Shown: piece after piece, positions 19,406-27,956 of the stretch | Numbering within the stretch: position 1 is the stretch's first letter | How the letters are laid out: each line of letters opens with the position of its first letter | Origin: Peptococcaceae bacterium UBA5318 | GTDB taxonomy: Bacteria > Bacillota > Peptococcia > DRI-13 > UBA5318 | Length of the DNA: 64,000 nt | Assembly (NCBI GenBank): GCA_002408285.1 | Contig: DHRG01000049.1 | Span: forward strand, 5,647 to 69,646 | Reading direction: 5' to 3' | Notes under the pieces: generated by a model | Told to the model about the DNA's origin: nothing | Seen by the model: the letters and a program-made list of their open reading frames with translations, nothing else | The model's database searches: none | Made by a program: the position numbers and the translations under genes

Positions 19406-19510
19406 CCTGATTCATCTCCTGTTTGAGTTGCTGTAATAATCTAAATTATAGCAAATATAGCGGAGATGTTATACCAGAAGGTTTTACCATTCCCTTTAAG
19501 CCGGCGGGCG

Positions 19511-19954
19511 TTAGTGGTTGCGGGGCCGAGCCTGGCATTCACGGCAAAATCCATATATTTCGATCCGATGTGCGGTAGGAAGAAACCCGTTTGCTTTTAA
19601 AAGGGAGGCTTCCAGCTCTCCTACGGGACAGTACGGCAGGGGCTGTGTTTTATGGCAGGTTGTACAAATCATATGGTGAAGGTGACTGCTTTTATCCCGA
19701 AGTATATACTGGGTGGTGTTTTCCAGATTGAACTTTTCAACCAGTCCCGTTTGGACAAGATGCTCCAGGTTGCGGTAAACCGTCGAAAAATTGAGATGAA
19801 GGCCTTGGCGCCGTAATAAGTCGTAAATATCCTGCGCTTTGTAGAGTTGGCCGGGAAGTTTCAGGAATACTTCCATCATCGCTCTTCTGGCGGGAGTACA
19901 TTTTAAGCCCCGCAGTTTTAAGGTTTCTTTAATTAGTTGAGTCGCAGTATCCAT
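19511..19954 (-). CDS. zur: Fur-family metalloregulator, Zur-like by context
   Basis: 147 aa with a winged helix, HHMICTTCHK...CP and a C-terminal CxxC. It is the last gene of the metal ABC operon. Confidence 0.7.
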   Translation of the reverse strand: MDTATQLIKETLKLRGLKCTPARRAMMEVFLKLPGQLYKAQDIYDLLRRQGLHLNFSTVYRNLEHLVQTGLVEKFNLENTTQYILRDKSSHLHHMICTTCHKTQPLPYCPVGELEASLLKANGFLPTAHRIEIYGFCRECQARPRNH

Positions 19955-19984
19955 AAAAAAACACCTGCCTCGAAAATATTGAAT

Positions 19985-20848
19985 TCAGCGTAATACCGTT
20001 ATCCTAATGAGTAAAGTGCAAAAATAGGCCGCGGAGGCGCATAAAACAATGGAGGCCCCGGTCGCTGTGGCCCAATAATAGGAAATGACCAGTCCGGAGA
20101 TGCCGGAGATAGTGGCGAACAAAAGAGAGAGCAGATGGTACTGACGCATGTTGGTGGAGAGGATTCTTGCCGCCGCGGCCGGAAGGACCAGCAAAGAACT
20201 GATAATGAGCAGACCGACCCATTTGATAGAGAATGCCACGATCACGGCCGTCAAAATATTGAAGAGGATCTCCACCAGGGACACGGAAACACCACGGCTT
20301 TTCGCCAGGGACCCGTTTACGCTGACTAATAAGAGCCGGTTGAACAATACGAACCAGAATAACAACACCAAGAGAGCCATTAAAGCTAATCCGGTTATTT
20401 CCGCGGGTGTGATGCTTAACAGATCGCCGATCAAATAGCGGGAATATTTATTGAAACCGCCTCCCCGGGAAAGGATGACAATGCCCAGGGCTACTGCGGT
20501 CGTAGAAAAAACGCCGATAACCGTATCCGTCGAAGCAAGCTCCAAATTTTTAACAAGAACAATGGCGATTGCCAGCAACGCAGAGAAAAGAACCATTGAT
20601 CCAAGGGGGTCGCTAAGGCCCAGGATAACGCCGAGCCCAATCCCCGTCAGGGCGGAATGGCCCAGGGAATCGGCAAAAAAAACCATACGGTTGTTGACTA
20701 TCATGGTGCTAAGCAGACCAAAGGCCGGACAAACCAGCAAAACCGCGAGCAGCGCATTTTTCATAAAATTATGGTCGGCCCAGGCAAAAGGGAGGAGATA
20801 GTCCAGCACGCCATACAGAAAATGCAGAAGGGGGGATGCTTCAATCAT
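19985..20848 (-). CDS. znuB: Metal (Zn/Mn) ABC transporter permease, ABC-3 family
   Basis: Polytopic membrane protein. I chose the ATG at 20848 (MIEASPLL...) because the longer track ORF overlaps the ATPase gene. Confidence 0.8.
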   Translation of the reverse strand: MIEASPLLHFLYGVLDYLLPFAWADHNFMKNALLAVLLVCPAFGLLSTMIVNNRMVFFADSLGHSALTGIGLGVILGLSDPLGSMVLFSALLAIAIVLVKNLELASTDTVIGVFSTTAVALGIVILSRGGGFNKYSRYLIGDLLSITPAEITGLALMALLVLLFWFVLFNRLLLVSVNGSLAKSRGVSVSLVEILFNILTAVIVAFSIKWVGLLIISSLLVLPAAAARILSTNMRQYHLLSLLFATISGISGLVISYYWATATGASIVLCASAAYFCTLLIRITVLR

Positions 20849-20879
20849 CGTAATTACCTTCTTAATCTTAAAGTTTCGT

Positions 20880-21641
20880 TCAATCTCTCCAGATTCTTCC
20901 GAGAGAACGGACCACAACCTCTTGCTTCATAACTTCCTCCGGTTTGCCCATGGACTGGACCGTCTTGTTCAAAAAAATCATCCGGTCGGCATACTGGGCA
21001 ACCAGGGATAAATCGTGAGAGATCAGGATAATGGACATGTCCCATTTGTGGCGAAGGTCATTCACCAACTGGTAAAAAAGCGCCAGCCCGCTCTCGTCCA
21101 CTCCTGAAACCGGTTCATCCAGCAATAACAGAACGGGGGCAGGTTCTAAGGCCAAAGCCAAGAGTACCCTTTGCAATTCCCCCCCGGAAAGGCTGCCCAG
21201 TTTTTGGTCGATCAAGTGGTCCGCGTTGACGCGGGCTAAGATGGCGAGGATCTTCTCGCGAATTTTTCGCGGGCGAAAAAGCCATACCGGAAGAGAAGTC
21301 AGACTGGCCGTAAACAAATCCCGGACGCTGACCGGAGAGCCCAGGTCAAAGTCCAACCGTTGGGGGACATAACCCACCAAAGGGTTGTCCTGTTGATGGG
21401 CAAGGCTTGTAAAGCGTATTTGGCCGGTATGCGGTATTTCTCCCAGAATAGCCTTTAGGAGCGTCGTTTTACCGGCTCCGTTAGGCCCGATCAGGGCGGT
21501 CAATTCACCGCAGTGGATGTGGAAATTGATATCCTGAAGAATGACCTTCCTTCCCCGGGTAACGCCGAGATTTTCAATTTTTGTGCAGCATAAGTCACAG
21601 GTCGCGGGAGGGGCTTGGGGTAAACGCTCAGCCGTTCTCAT
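20880..21641 (-). CDS. znuC: Metal ABC transporter ATP-binding protein
   Basis: GPNGAGKTT, LSGGELQR and LLLLDEP. Confidence 0.85.
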   Translation of the reverse strand: MRTAERLPQAPPATCDLCCTKIENLGVTRGRKVILQDINFHIHCGELTALIGPNGAGKTTLLKAILGEIPHTGQIRFTSLAHQQDNPLVGYVPQRLDFDLGSPVSVRDLFTASLTSLPVWLFRPRKIREKILAILARVNADHLIDQKLGSLSGGELQRVLLALALEPAPVLLLLDEPVSGVDESGLALFYQLVNDLRHKWDMSIILISHDLSLVAQYADRMIFLNKTVQSMGKPEEVMKQEVVVRSLGRIWRD

Positions 21642-22528
21642 TTTAGCGCCGCCGCCAGCGTTTGCAGATTTTCCTCCATGATGTTCACATAGGCGTCCGG
21701 ATCTAAAGGACCGGTGACGGCGGGGTCGAGGGTATAGATCTTGATCCCTGTTTCGCCGGCTATCGTGCGGGCCGCATTGGCCGGGTACTGTGGTTCCGCA
21801 AAAATTGCTTGGACGTCCTTCTTTTTAATGATTTGAATAGTGTCCGCCAGTTCTGCCGCGCTGGGCGCCGAACCCGGTTCACGCTCAATAACGGCGGCGA
21901 TATTTAACTGAAACTCTTTAGCGAAATAGGGAAAGGCTTCATGGAAAGTAATGATATTCCTGTTGGTAATACTATCCAGTTCGCGGTGCATTTTATCCCG
22001 CAATTTTGTGAGCTTCCCGATATATACCTCAGCGTTTTTCCGGAAGCTTTCCGCATTTTCCGGGTCTTGGAGAGCGAGCTGTCCGGCAATATTTTGCACC
22101 TGCCGCATAGCGTTTTCGACGCTTACCCACAGATGTGGGTTGGGTTCGCCGCTTTGATCCGTGATAACGGCAAGGCCCTGGCCGGCATCCACTACTTTTA
22201 GTTCCGGCAGTTGCTGCGTGACTTTATCCAGAAAGCTTTCCATTCCAGCCCCGTTGATAATAAAGATCTGAGCCTTTTCTAAAGTAATCAAGTCTTCCGG
22301 AGTAAGCTGGTAATCGTGAAGACAGCCTGTGGTGGGCCTGACAAGGTTATAAATACCTATTCCCGGTATATCCTTGACTATATTGAGAGTCATTATATAG
22401 ACGGGGTAGAAAGAGGTAACGATCGTCAACTGTTTTTCAGTACTGTCCTCCGGAGTAATAGTTTGTTTTTCAGCGCAGCCTGTAAATAATACCAGGGCAG
22501 CCGTTAATAGAATCAAGATCCTTTTCAT
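21638..22528 (-). CDS. znuA: Metal ABC transporter substrate-binding lipoprotein (ZnuA/TroA family)
   Basis: ATG at 22528 follows AGGAGG. There is a signal peptide with lipobox LFTGC. No His-rich loop is present, so a choice between Zn and Mn is not resolved. Confidence 0.8.
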   Translation of the reverse strand: MKRILILLTAALVLFTGCAEKQTITPEDSTEKQLTIVTSFYPVYIMTLNIVKDIPGIGIYNLVRPTTGCLHDYQLTPEDLITLEKAQIFIINGAGMESFLDKVTQQLPELKVVDAGQGLAVITDQSGEPNPHLWVSVENAMRQVQNIAGQLALQDPENAESFRKNAEVYIGKLTKLRDKMHRELDSITNRNIITFHEAFPYFAKEFQLNIAAVIEREPGSAPSAAELADTIQIIKKKDVQAIFAEPQYPANAARTIAGETGIKIYTLDPAVTGPLDPDAYVNIMEENLQTLAAALK

Positions 22529-22540
22529 ACAACCCTCCTG

Positions 22541-22565
22541 ATTGCAAATGATATGCATTTGCAAT
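22541..22565. promoter_or_regulatory. Perfect 10-5-10 palindrome; candidate Fur-family (Zur) operator of the metal ABC operon
   Basis: ATTGCAAATG-ATATG-CATTTGCAAT lies between a TTGTAA-18-TATAAT promoter and the SD of the binding-protein gene. Confidence 0.55.
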
Positions 22566-22687
22566 TATTATAATCATTAGGATGGACAAATTACAAGGCT
22601 TTTATACATAATATCTTTACAATCCAGTAGTTATCTGCTATAAAATAGTAGTGCTATGTAAAATCAAACAAAAGGAGCTGCCCCAAA

Positions 22688-24091
22688 ATGAGTGAGGAAT
22701 TACTTCAAACAACTCCCGCTTGGCTTGGAAGATATGCTTATTACCGTTTAGGCAGCATGACGATTAATCAATTAAAAAAGGCGAAAATAATAAATAAGTT
22801 CTCCAAAAGCCTTTCCGACAAGAAACCTGATGGGCTGATTGTGCTGCCGGGCGGAATTGTCAAGGCGGTCATAGAATATAAAACCCCTCATGAGCTATCC
22901 GCAAGAAATAAGATCGAAGCTGTTGTTAAGCAAGAATTGGAAGTTGCAAGATTCCTCTGTAAGCTGCTTATTGTTACAGACGGGAATAAAACATTCTGGA
23001 TAAATGCGTTAAACGGAGAGGAAATACATAGAAACAACCAAAAAATAGAGATGGTTTTTGATGCGTCAAGAATTATCAATAGGCAAATTACTATTGAAGA
23101 ACAGATCAATTTAGAAAACTTGATAGACCAGGCGGACTATTCTCTTACTGAAACTTCAAGTTCTATTGTTGAGCCGGAAATTTTGGACCCTACCGCTTTA
23201 GCGAAAGAAGTTTGGCAGAAGATTTGGATCAATACCGGCAAGGAGCCGGAGAAATGTCTTTACAATGTCGTTGAGATTTTTGTATTTAAATTTCTCAGCG
23301 ATATCGGCGTTCTTAACTATACCAATAATTTCAACAGCGTCTACCAGATCAAGGAGAACATCGGGAATGAAGCGGCGCTTACCCGTTATGCGGACGTCTG
23401 CCGTAAGGCTGTTAAAGACGAAATGTTTCAAAAAGGCGACGACGGAACAACTATTCTCAATGGCACGATTTTCGTCAATGAAAAAGGAAGCGCGAATATC
23501 AGCCAAGCTGATTTATTTGCCGGGGCGTTGGAAAGCTTTCAAAAGTATGATGAAAAAAACGGCTCGTTCAAATACGTTACCAAAGAGTTTAAAACCCGTC
23601 TTTACGAAACGTTTCTAAGGCAAAGCGCCGGTGTAAAAAACCTCGGACAATACTTTACGCCCCGTAATGTGGTTCAGGCAATGGTAAAAATGTCTTGCGC
23701 CTCTTCTTTGAAAAGGGGTGCGCGTATCTGCGATCCTTTTTGCGGAGTCGGGGGGTTTATACTGGAAACTATCTTGTTGAATGAAAATATATTTCAAGAG
23801 TTTGAGCCGAGAAACGGTCTGATTGCTCCGCAGATCACATTAGTAGGTTATGATAAAGGGACCGATGAAAAAGACGATGAACGGACTATTATTTTAGCCA
23901 AGGCCAATATGCTGATTTATTTTTCCGATCTATTGTCAAAATACCATACCCGTGAACATTTGAACTCTTTTTCAAAAAACGCTTTTAATAGTGTATTTCA
24001 TTTAATAAAAACAAATCTGGGCACATTCGGCAAAATCAATGATGAAAAATACGATTTAATACTTACCAATCCCCCCCTATGTAACGAATAG
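22688..24091 (+). CDS. Type IIG-like RM enzyme, N-terminal fragment (PD-ExK nuclease motif plus N6-adenine MTase motifs X/I), truncated inside motif IV
   Basis: KPDGLIVLPGGIVKAVIEYK, GQYFTPRNVV and DPFCGVGGF. It ends TNPPLCNE* because of a C7 run. Confidence 0.8.
   Translation: MSEELLQTTPAWLGRYAYYRLGSMTINQLKKAKIINKFSKSLSDKKPDGLIVLPGGIVKAVIEYKTPHELSARNKIEAVVKQELEVARFLCKLLIVTDGNKTFWINALNGEEIHRNNQKIEMVFDASRIINRQITIEEQINLENLIDQADYSLTETSSSIVEPEILDPTALAKEVWQKIWINTGKEPEKCLYNVVEIFVFKFLSDIGVLNYTNNFNSVYQIKENIGNEAALTRYADVCRKAVKDEMFQKGDDGTTILNGTIFVNEKGSANISQADLFAGALESFQKYDEKNGSFKYVTKEFKTRLYETFLRQSAGVKNLGQYFTPRNVVQAMVKMSCASSLKRGARICDPFCGVGGFILETILLNENIFQEFEPRNGLIAPQITLVGYDKGTDEKDDERTIILAKANMLIYFSDLLSKYHTREHLNSFSKNAFNSVFHLIKTNLGTFGKINDEKYDLILTNPPLCNE
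24071..24077 (+). repeat. Poly-C tract (C7) causing the frameshift in the RM gene
   Basis: AAT CCCCCCC TAT. With C6 the text reads N-P-P-Y and joins the downstream frame. Confidence 0.9.
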
Positions 24092-24122
24092 TTCAGCCAA
24101 TATCAAGAAGTCGGCCGCTCAA

Positions 24123-25304
24123 TTGTCAGATACGGACCATCAACCATACTATAGGCTAAAAGGCCGGGGCATAGAAACGCTGGCCTTGGAGTGGATCGTC
24201 AAAAACCTTGCGCCCGGCGGAGAGGCAGTTATTGTTGTTCCGGACGGTTTGCTGACGCAAAAATCCGTATTGGATTTTATAAAATCTGAATGCAGAGTAA
24301 ACGTTGTGGTTTCATTGCCCAAAAACACATTTTATGCGACGCCCAAAAAGACATACATACTTTCTATCAACAAAAAATTTGCTCCTGGCCGCCAGTTGAC
24401 GCCGGTTTATACGTATATAGTCAGTGAAATAGGAGAAACCCGTGATACGAAGCGGTTTTCAAATGACGGGCAAGGTAATCCTGTACGCAACGATCTGGAT
24501 GAATGCGTTAAGAACTATAAGCTGTTTAAAACAGGGATAGATCATAGGGGCTCCGAACGGGTAAAAATTATTGACTATGATACTTTTGATCTTTTCCAAG
24601 ACTGGTTGATTGAAAAAAAATTGAGTGACGAAGAAAAATGCAGGATCGGTTTGATGAAACCGGTCCAGAAGATCACTGAAAATGAATTCTTATCCAGTTT
24701 ATCCGCTTTAAACAATTATATTTCAGCGGTCGTTGACCGAGGCGAATCAATCCCCTTAGGGGAGATCAAATATGTTTCCAAGCCTCTTTCCAAGCTGTTT
24801 GATTTTCCCCAAATAAAAGGCTTAACTGAAAAATTTATACGAAATAACAGCGGGAATATTCCGGTTTATGGAGGAAGACAGACTGAGTCGCCCGTTGGAA
24901 GCGTTGCGGATAATTTAAAAGGCGTTAAGTATTTTGAAAACTGCTTAGCCTGGAATAGAGAAGGCTCGGTGGGATATGTATTTTACCACGGCCATAAGTT
25001 TACGACGAATGACCATCACCGGCCCATGGTATTGAAAGAGGAGTACCGTTTCATAATTAATCTGCAATTTGTCCAAAAAATGCTGCAGACCAAGCTTCTG
25101 GAATCCGATTCTTTTGAATGGAGCAAAACTGCCAGCAAGGAAAAGGTTCGTGAAATTGAAATTCTTTTTCCCATTGGTAAAAACGGGAAAATAGATTTTG
25201 AGATGCAGGGTTTAATTGTTAAGCGAATTGAAAAGTATGAGCTGGTTAAAAAAAGTCTATTGGAAAAAATAGAAAATCTCAGTAAGTATAAACTGGATTT
25301 CTGA
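24123..25304 (+). CDS. Type IIG-like RM enzyme, C-terminal fragment (rest of the MTase fold plus an HsdS-like target-recognition domain); probably not independently translated
   Basis: This frame is open from 24078 and continuous with the upstream ORF after a -1 C. There is no ATG or SD at 24123. TRD-like segment: IPLGEIKYVSKPLSKLFDF...NIPVYGG...REGSVGYVFYH. Confidence 0.7.
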   Translation: MSDTDHQPYYRLKGRGIETLALEWIVKNLAPGGEAVIVVPDGLLTQKSVLDFIKSECRVNVVVSLPKNTFYATPKKTYILSINKKFAPGRQLTPVYTYIVSEIGETRDTKRFSNDGQGNPVRNDLDECVKNYKLFKTGIDHRGSERVKIIDYDTFDLFQDWLIEKKLSDEEKCRIGLMKPVQKITENEFLSSLSALNNYISAVVDRGESIPLGEIKYVSKPLSKLFDFPQIKGLTEKFIRNNSGNIPVYGGRQTESPVGSVADNLKGVKYFENCLAWNREGSVGYVFYHGHKFTTNDHHRPMVLKEEYRFIINLQFVQKMLQTKLLESDSFEWSKTASKEKVREIEILFPIGKNGKIDFEMQGLIVKRIEKYELVKKSLLEKIENLSKYKLDF

Positions 25305-25335
25305 AGCTTTGGATCCAAATGCGTAGGCATACATA

Positions 25336-25372
25336 AAAGGAGCCGTCCCAGCTTGAACGGGACAGCTCCTTT
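25336..25372. terminator. Bidirectional terminator between the RM gene and the M23 peptidase gene
   Basis: AAAGGAGCCGTCCC...GGGACAGCTCCTTT forms a 14-bp stem with one mismatch. Confidence 0.75.
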
Positions 25373-25417
25373 ATAATTTCCACAGATTTACAGATTAAAA
25401 GAAGCAGGGGATCCAAT

Positions 25418-26560
25418 TTACAGATAGTTCATAGGATTGACAGGATCGCCGTTTTTTCGGACTTCAAAATGGAGATGGGGTCCTGTACTCATTCCGGTAC
25501 TTCCCACTTTCGCAATAGCTTGCCCCTTCTTCACTTCTTGTCCGACTGACACCAGAGTTGCGGAAGTATGAGCGTACATCGTAGTGATATTACCGCCATG
25601 GCTGACAATGACGACTCGTCCATATGCGCCGCGCCAGCCGACTTCAATGACCTTGCCGTTTTCAGCGGCTACAATCTTGGCTCCGCTAGGGGCGCCGATA
25701 TCAACTCCTGTATGGTTCCTTTTCGTCTTGAGGATAGGGTGTATCCGCCAGCCGTACGGAGAAGTGATGCGTTTATAACCGGGCGTTGGCCAGGTAAAAC
25801 TCCCGCTGCCCATGTACTGGGAATTATCACCGCTCGTTAATTTGCGGATTTCCGCGGCGATTTGCCGGGAATCTTCCTCCAGTTGGTTTAAGGCTTGTTC
25901 GATCTGCTCTTTTTCCGATTTGACGGAGTTTAACAATACTTTTTGTCGGGAACTGGCCTGAGCCAGCTTATTTTTCTTCTCGTCCTGATCCTTTTGTAAA
26001 TTAGTCAGCGCGGCTTTCTTTGTCAAGACAAGCTGTTTTTGACTTTGTAACTTACTGATTTGTTCCTTGACCGTCTGGATTAAACTGGAATCATTTTCTG
26101 TGATACGGCTCAACAGGTCCCAACGAGTCAAAAAGTCTGTGACGCTAGCCGAACCCAGAAGGATTTCCAAGATATGTACGTCGCCCTGCTCATACATGGA
26201 ACAAAGGCGATTCGCTAATAATTGATTGTTTTGTTCCAAATCTTTGTTAGATTCCTGAAGGCTGTTTTCAAGGGAATTTAGTTCCTGTAGAGTTTGCTGG
26301 ATCTTGCTTTCCGTAGTGCGTAAATCCTTTTCGGTCGTATTAAGAGTATTATTCAAGGATTTGAGCTCCAGAGTCGCTTTATTAACCTCTTTATTTTTTT
26401 GCGCTAACAGGTTTTTGTTTGTTTCGATCTTTAAATTGAGAAGCTCCTGTTGCTGTTGAAGATCATAAACTGCCGCTTGGGCAGCGGATATGTAGCATGA
26501 GGATAGGATTAAAGTAGAAGCCAGGACCGAAACTGTTATTATTTTGCTAAATTTCCGCAT
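25418..26560 (-). CDS. Secreted M23-family metallopeptidase with an N-terminal coiled coil (EnvC-like)
   Basis: 380 aa with a signal peptide and a long Q/L/N-rich coiled coil. The C-terminus carries HTGVDIGAPSGAKI and GPHLHFEV. Confidence 0.85.
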   Translation of the reverse strand: MRKFSKIITVSVLASTLILSSCYISAAQAAVYDLQQQQELLNLKIETNKNLLAQKNKEVNKATLELKSLNNTLNTTEKDLRTTESKIQQTLQELNSLENSLQESNKDLEQNNQLLANRLCSMYEQGDVHILEILLGSASVTDFLTRWDLLSRITENDSSLIQTVKEQISKLQSQKQLVLTKKAALTNLQKDQDEKKNKLAQASSRQKVLLNSVKSEKEQIEQALNQLEEDSRQIAAEIRKLTSGDNSQYMGSGSFTWPTPGYKRITSPYGWRIHPILKTKRNHTGVDIGAPSGAKIVAAENGKVIEVGWRGAYGRVVIVSHGGNITTMYAHTSATLVSVGQEVKKGQAIAKVGSTGMSTGPHLHFEVRKNGDPVNPMNYL

Positions 26561-26810
26561 GTCACTCCCCCTTAGACAAATACATAGTTCGACAAGTTCG
26601 ACACAAAGGTTGCAAAATCCTGCCTAAGGAAGCAAATTTATATAGGAAAATGTTGACAATAGGGTTTGATACGTAACCAATAATATGGCAGAATATAATA
26701 AGTTATATTTGAATCATCAAAATTTGGCGACTATTACAAAAAACATTGCGTTGATAAAGACGGAATATGGCATGAGCAATCAGATTATCCTAATTTAAGG
26801 GGAGGGGTAA

Positions 26811-27890
26811 ATGGTGAAATGTGTTTCATGGGAAGTAATAGGACCCGGTGTGATGCAGAGAAAAGAGTTTAATTTACCCGTAATAGGCTCTCAGGAAATG
26901 TTAATGAGGGTAAATATGGTAACAATCTGTGGCACAGACCCTAAAATTTATGAAGGAAAATTCAAAAAGACTGCGTTCCCAATAATTTTAGGTCATGAGA
27001 TGTCAGGTACTGTCGCAGAAATTGGAGAGGAAGCCTCGGAAATGTATAAGGTATCTAAGGGTGACCGTATAACAGTGGAACCTTATATTCCATGCGGTCA
27101 TTGTAATTATTGTTTATCAGGATATTACCAGTTATGCGGCTATTCAAGATGCTATGGGGTAAGTATATCATCAAGTACGTATCCGCATATTTGGGGAGCA
27201 TATGGTGAATACATGTATGTTGCTCCTGGTTCCCTTGTTCATAAACTTGAAAAGGGGATTCATGATGAGTCCGGTTGCTTTTCATCGGTATTAGGTAACG
27301 GATTTAGATTTATTACAACCAAGGCAAGACTAAAGTCCCAAGAGAGTGTTTTGGTTTTTGGCCCGGGAGCGATTGGGCTAGCTGCAGTTATTGCTGCGAG
27401 GGAAAGTGGAGCAGGGCTAATTGTCGTAGCCGGCTTGTCTGGCAAAGATGAGGTAAACTTTTCATTAGCCAAAAAATATGGAGCAGATTATCTAATACCT
27501 GTTGATAAGGAAGATCTAGTATCCAGGGTAAGAGAAATTACCGGCGGAGAGATGCTTGACGTAGCGGTTGAATGTTCAGGGGCTTTGTCTGCAGTGGAAC
27601 AGGGGTTATCCTCTCTAAAACCGTTAGGGAGATTTGTAATTGCAGGTATGAACGGGAGTAAAAAGGTTCCAATCACAACTGACGACGTTGTCAACAAGGA
27701 ACTGGTAATTAGTGGAAGCTTAGGTCAGACGGGAAATGTTCAACAGGCTATGAAAGTAATAAATAAAGGTAAATATGAACTGGAAAAGATGGTTACCCAT
27801 AAGTTTCCCTTAGATGAAGCGGATAAAGCAATAAAGTATTTTATGGAAGGGAACCCTGATTGCGTAAGAGCTGCAATAGTCGTGAAATAA
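26811..27890 (+). CDS. Zinc-dependent medium-chain alcohol/polyol dehydrogenase
   Basis: GHEMSGTVAEIG, the structural Zn cluster CGHCNYCLSGYYQLC, and GPGAIGL. Confidence 0.8.
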   Translation: MVKCVSWEVIGPGVMQRKEFNLPVIGSQEMLMRVNMVTICGTDPKIYEGKFKKTAFPIILGHEMSGTVAEIGEEASEMYKVSKGDRITVEPYIPCGHCNYCLSGYYQLCGYSRCYGVSISSSTYPHIWGAYGEYMYVAPGSLVHKLEKGIHDESGCFSSVLGNGFRFITTKARLKSQESVLVFGPGAIGLAAVIAARESGAGLIVVAGLSGKDEVNFSLAKKYGADYLIPVDKEDLVSRVREITGGEMLDVAVECSGALSAVEQGLSSLKPLGRFVIAGMNGSKKVPITTDDVVNKELVISGSLGQTGNVQQAMKVINKGKYELEKMVTHKFPLDEADKAIKYFMEGNPDCVRAAIVVK

Positions 27891-27956
27891 GAACCCGGTT
27901 TCACCACTGCCGAGGTTTGGTAAAACCGGGGGTTCTTGTACTTGCTATAAGAAGGG

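Noticed and set aside
22529-22564. N-terminal extension MQMHIICNQEGC of the metal-binding lipoprotein ORF.
   Set aside because: The extension contains the SD and the palindromic operator. The internal ATG at 22528 yields a textbook lipoprotein signal peptide.
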